A stretch of 63,240 nucleotides of DNA, counting the filler, from Octopus bimaculoides (lineage: Eukaryota): the NCBI RefSeq assembly GCF_001194135.2. It is 4 parts of 4 records of this genome, joined end to end, with 100 filler letters (N's around TTAATTAATTAA, not from the genome) between each part and the next. Parts side by side here need not be neighbours in the genome. Positions count along the whole stretch, not along the records: positions 59,949 to 63,240 come from NC_069009.1; 3 more parts are not named here. The stretch is one strand, 5' to 3'. Of this stretch, positions 62,685 through 63,240 are shown piece by piece. Within the stretch, counting starts at the first letter, position 1. Every line of letters starts with the position of its first letter. The notes below the pieces were generated by a model, which was given only the letters and a program-made list of their open reading frames with translations, did no database searches and was not told where the DNA came from. Both the position numbers and the translations under genes were made by a program.

Positions 62685-63240
62685 TTCGTACTTGGGGATG
62701 GTCATATTGCCAGTTTAGCCAATAAAAACACACGCACTGTATATTTGGTGTTAATTTGCTTCAGCTTTATATTACATACGTTCACAAAATTAAATTAAAT
62801 ACAAAAAAAAAACACAAAAAAAGTAGGTATAACACATGAACAAATAAATAAATAAAAACAAAGATAAACGAAGATGTATTAACGGAGGATATAGACAATA
62901 AAGGCACTCCCCATACACACATGCACTTACAAAAACATAGACACATTGAGGGATACGCATGCGTAGACACATACAATAGGAATACATAATACAAAATGGC
63001 TGATAGTTAGCAAGGTGGGACACACATAAGAAAGAAGAAAGCAAAGGACCACTGAGGAGGTCACAGAAGTGTGACAAAAGAACTCTGGCCGAAATAGGAT
63101 TAATGTAATGTAATGTAATATAAAGCTGAAGCAAATTAACACCAGATATACAGTGCATGTGTTTTTATTGGCTAAACTTGCAATATGACCATCCCCAAAT
63201 ACAACAACATCTGTTTCAACACACGATTTCACATCAAAAA

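Noticed and set aside
65-63232. Numerous ORFs rich in YIYI, CVCV, HTHT, LSLS, RERE, poly-I or poly-Y, or runs of X
   Set aside because: They are translations of (TA)n, (CA)n, (GA)n and (TAA)n microsatellites or N gaps, not genes.
1-63240. CRISPR arrays, rRNA, prokaryotic operons
   Set aside because: No repeat-spacer array or rRNA-like sequence; the DNA is intron- and repeat-rich eukaryotic.

Overview
AT-rich, microsatellite-dense, gap-riddled animal DNA. The SINE repertoire and repeat landscape look like an octopus (coleoid cephalopod) draft genome; this is inferred from pattern recognition, not a database match. Three identical artificial spacers (N44-TTAATTAATTAA-N44 at 21732-21831, 41318-41417 and 59849-59948) split the window into four independent segments. 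The only host gene I can firmly identify is a partial BMI1/PCGF4-type Polycomb RING finger gene on the minus strand, with two coding exons at 26019-26150 and 23832-23928. Its start codon and all post-RING exons are not identifiable here. The rest is mostly transposon debris: several tRNA-derived SINE families, mariner and maT/Tc1 deletion derivatives, RTE, Tx1/L1 and R4/Dong LINE fragments, a spacer-less palindromic MITE, one clear and one very decayed Penelope-like element (PLE), and an internally deleted tRNA-Leu pseudogene. The most interesting signal is six type I hammerhead-ribozyme-like motifs from at least three repeat families (1546-1581, 1857-1889, 5033-5067, 18988-19032, 47071-47107, 53421-53461), in the same window as PLE coding remnants. 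PLE-associated minimal hammerheads are a known class, so any novelty would lie in these particular families and core variants; that needs checking. Nearly all long ORFs in the supplied track are microsatellite or N-gap artefacts. No CRISPR, rRNA or prokaryotic features. Repeat boundaries are approximate unless stated.
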